Assembly (NCBI GenBank): GCA_051362555.1
Contig: CM120640.1
Coordinates: 58,134,788 to 58,198,787, forward strand
Direction: 5' to 3'
DNA length: 64,000 nt
From: Lingula anatina
Lineage: Eukaryota > Animalia > Brachiopoda
Under the pieces are notes generated by a model that did no database searches, was not told where the DNA came from, and saw nothing but the letters and a program-made list of their open reading frames with translations. Shown here one piece after another: positions 63,393 through 64,000 of the stretch (its first letter is position 1; each line of letters opens with the position of its first letter). The position numbers were made by a program, and so were the translations under genes.

Positions 63393-63982
63393 TTGAAAAT
63401 AAGGGCAGCATACTTTTTAAAATTAATATTTCACAAATGTGCTCCTTTTCCAGTGTGCTTTGTGTTGATGCTATCTCCCTCTCTTCCACACACCCCCCCC
63501 CCCCCCCCACCCACATAAAAATTACTTAAGAGAATAATTAAATAAAACAAACAACAAACACAGATATTACGTAAATAGTGGCCACTATCTGTAGCAGAAA
63601 AATAACCTGAAGTTGTGTTCTATCTGCATGGATGACGTCCACATTCATGCCATCATATATCAGCTCGCTGAACAATTCCTTGGCTCTCTCCTTAGACTGG
63701 AGAAAGATCAACACAGGAGGATGGAAGCCCTGGGATCAGAAGAGAAGTTGCTTTTTCAAGGAATTTTGTAACAGGAGATATCTTAATTCTACTTAGTGCA
63801 AAAAAAAAAAAAAAAAAAAAAAACATATCATACTTATTTTCACACATGACAAAATATGACTGTATGTCTGTCATATTGTGTGTAACCTCACCTTTTTGAA
63901 TATGTCTCTTAATGCCAATAGCTTTCCAGACTCATTTCCTACAAACACCAGTTCTTGCTGCACCAGGTCTGCAGCTGCATTC
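61626..63982 (-). CDS. DDX52: DEAD-box RNA helicase DDX52/ROK1, C-terminal part (gene continues beyond the window)
   Basis: Exons 63982-63892, 63729-63607, 63265-63115, 62979-62904, 62524-62453, 62208-62116 and 61905-61626. Motifs [63 protein letters not shown] and [13 protein letters not shown], followed by a Lys-rich tail. Confidence 0.93.
63352..63388. repeat. (GT)n microsatellite
   Basis: About 18 GT units in a DDX52 intron. Confidence 0.95.
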
Positions 63983-64000
63983 CTAAAATAAATAAAAATA

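Overview
This is AT-rich, intron-rich eukaryotic DNA from an animal, most likely a lophotrochozoan/mollusc. That assignment is inferred from gene architecture, poly-G/C tracts and Helentron-type repeats. Five spliced protein-coding genes can be reconstructed: the 3' two-thirds of CFAP47 (+, about 46 exons, to 29730); NOLC1/Nopp140 (-, complete, 6 exons); an ankyrin-repeat/SOCS-box gene (+, head-to-head with NOLC1); a Tubby-family gene (+, complete); and the 3' end of DEAD-box helicase DDX52/ROK1 (-). Introns hold many non-autonomous mobile elements: Helentron-associated elements (HINEs), one carrying about 15 copies of a 146-bp satellite with a perfect DR1 nuclear-receptor motif; a 1.67-kb near-perfect palindrome next to a splice acceptor; Kolobok-, Harbinger- and hAT-like MITEs; and a tiny P-element-like footprint. 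The most notable signal is a 455-bp insertion with a 12-bp target-site duplication (42282-42736). Its inverted arms each encode a minimal hammerhead ribozyme motif of the Penelope-like type, and a degenerate relative lies at about 28.4 kb. Family names for the repeats come from structure only; no database searches were run.
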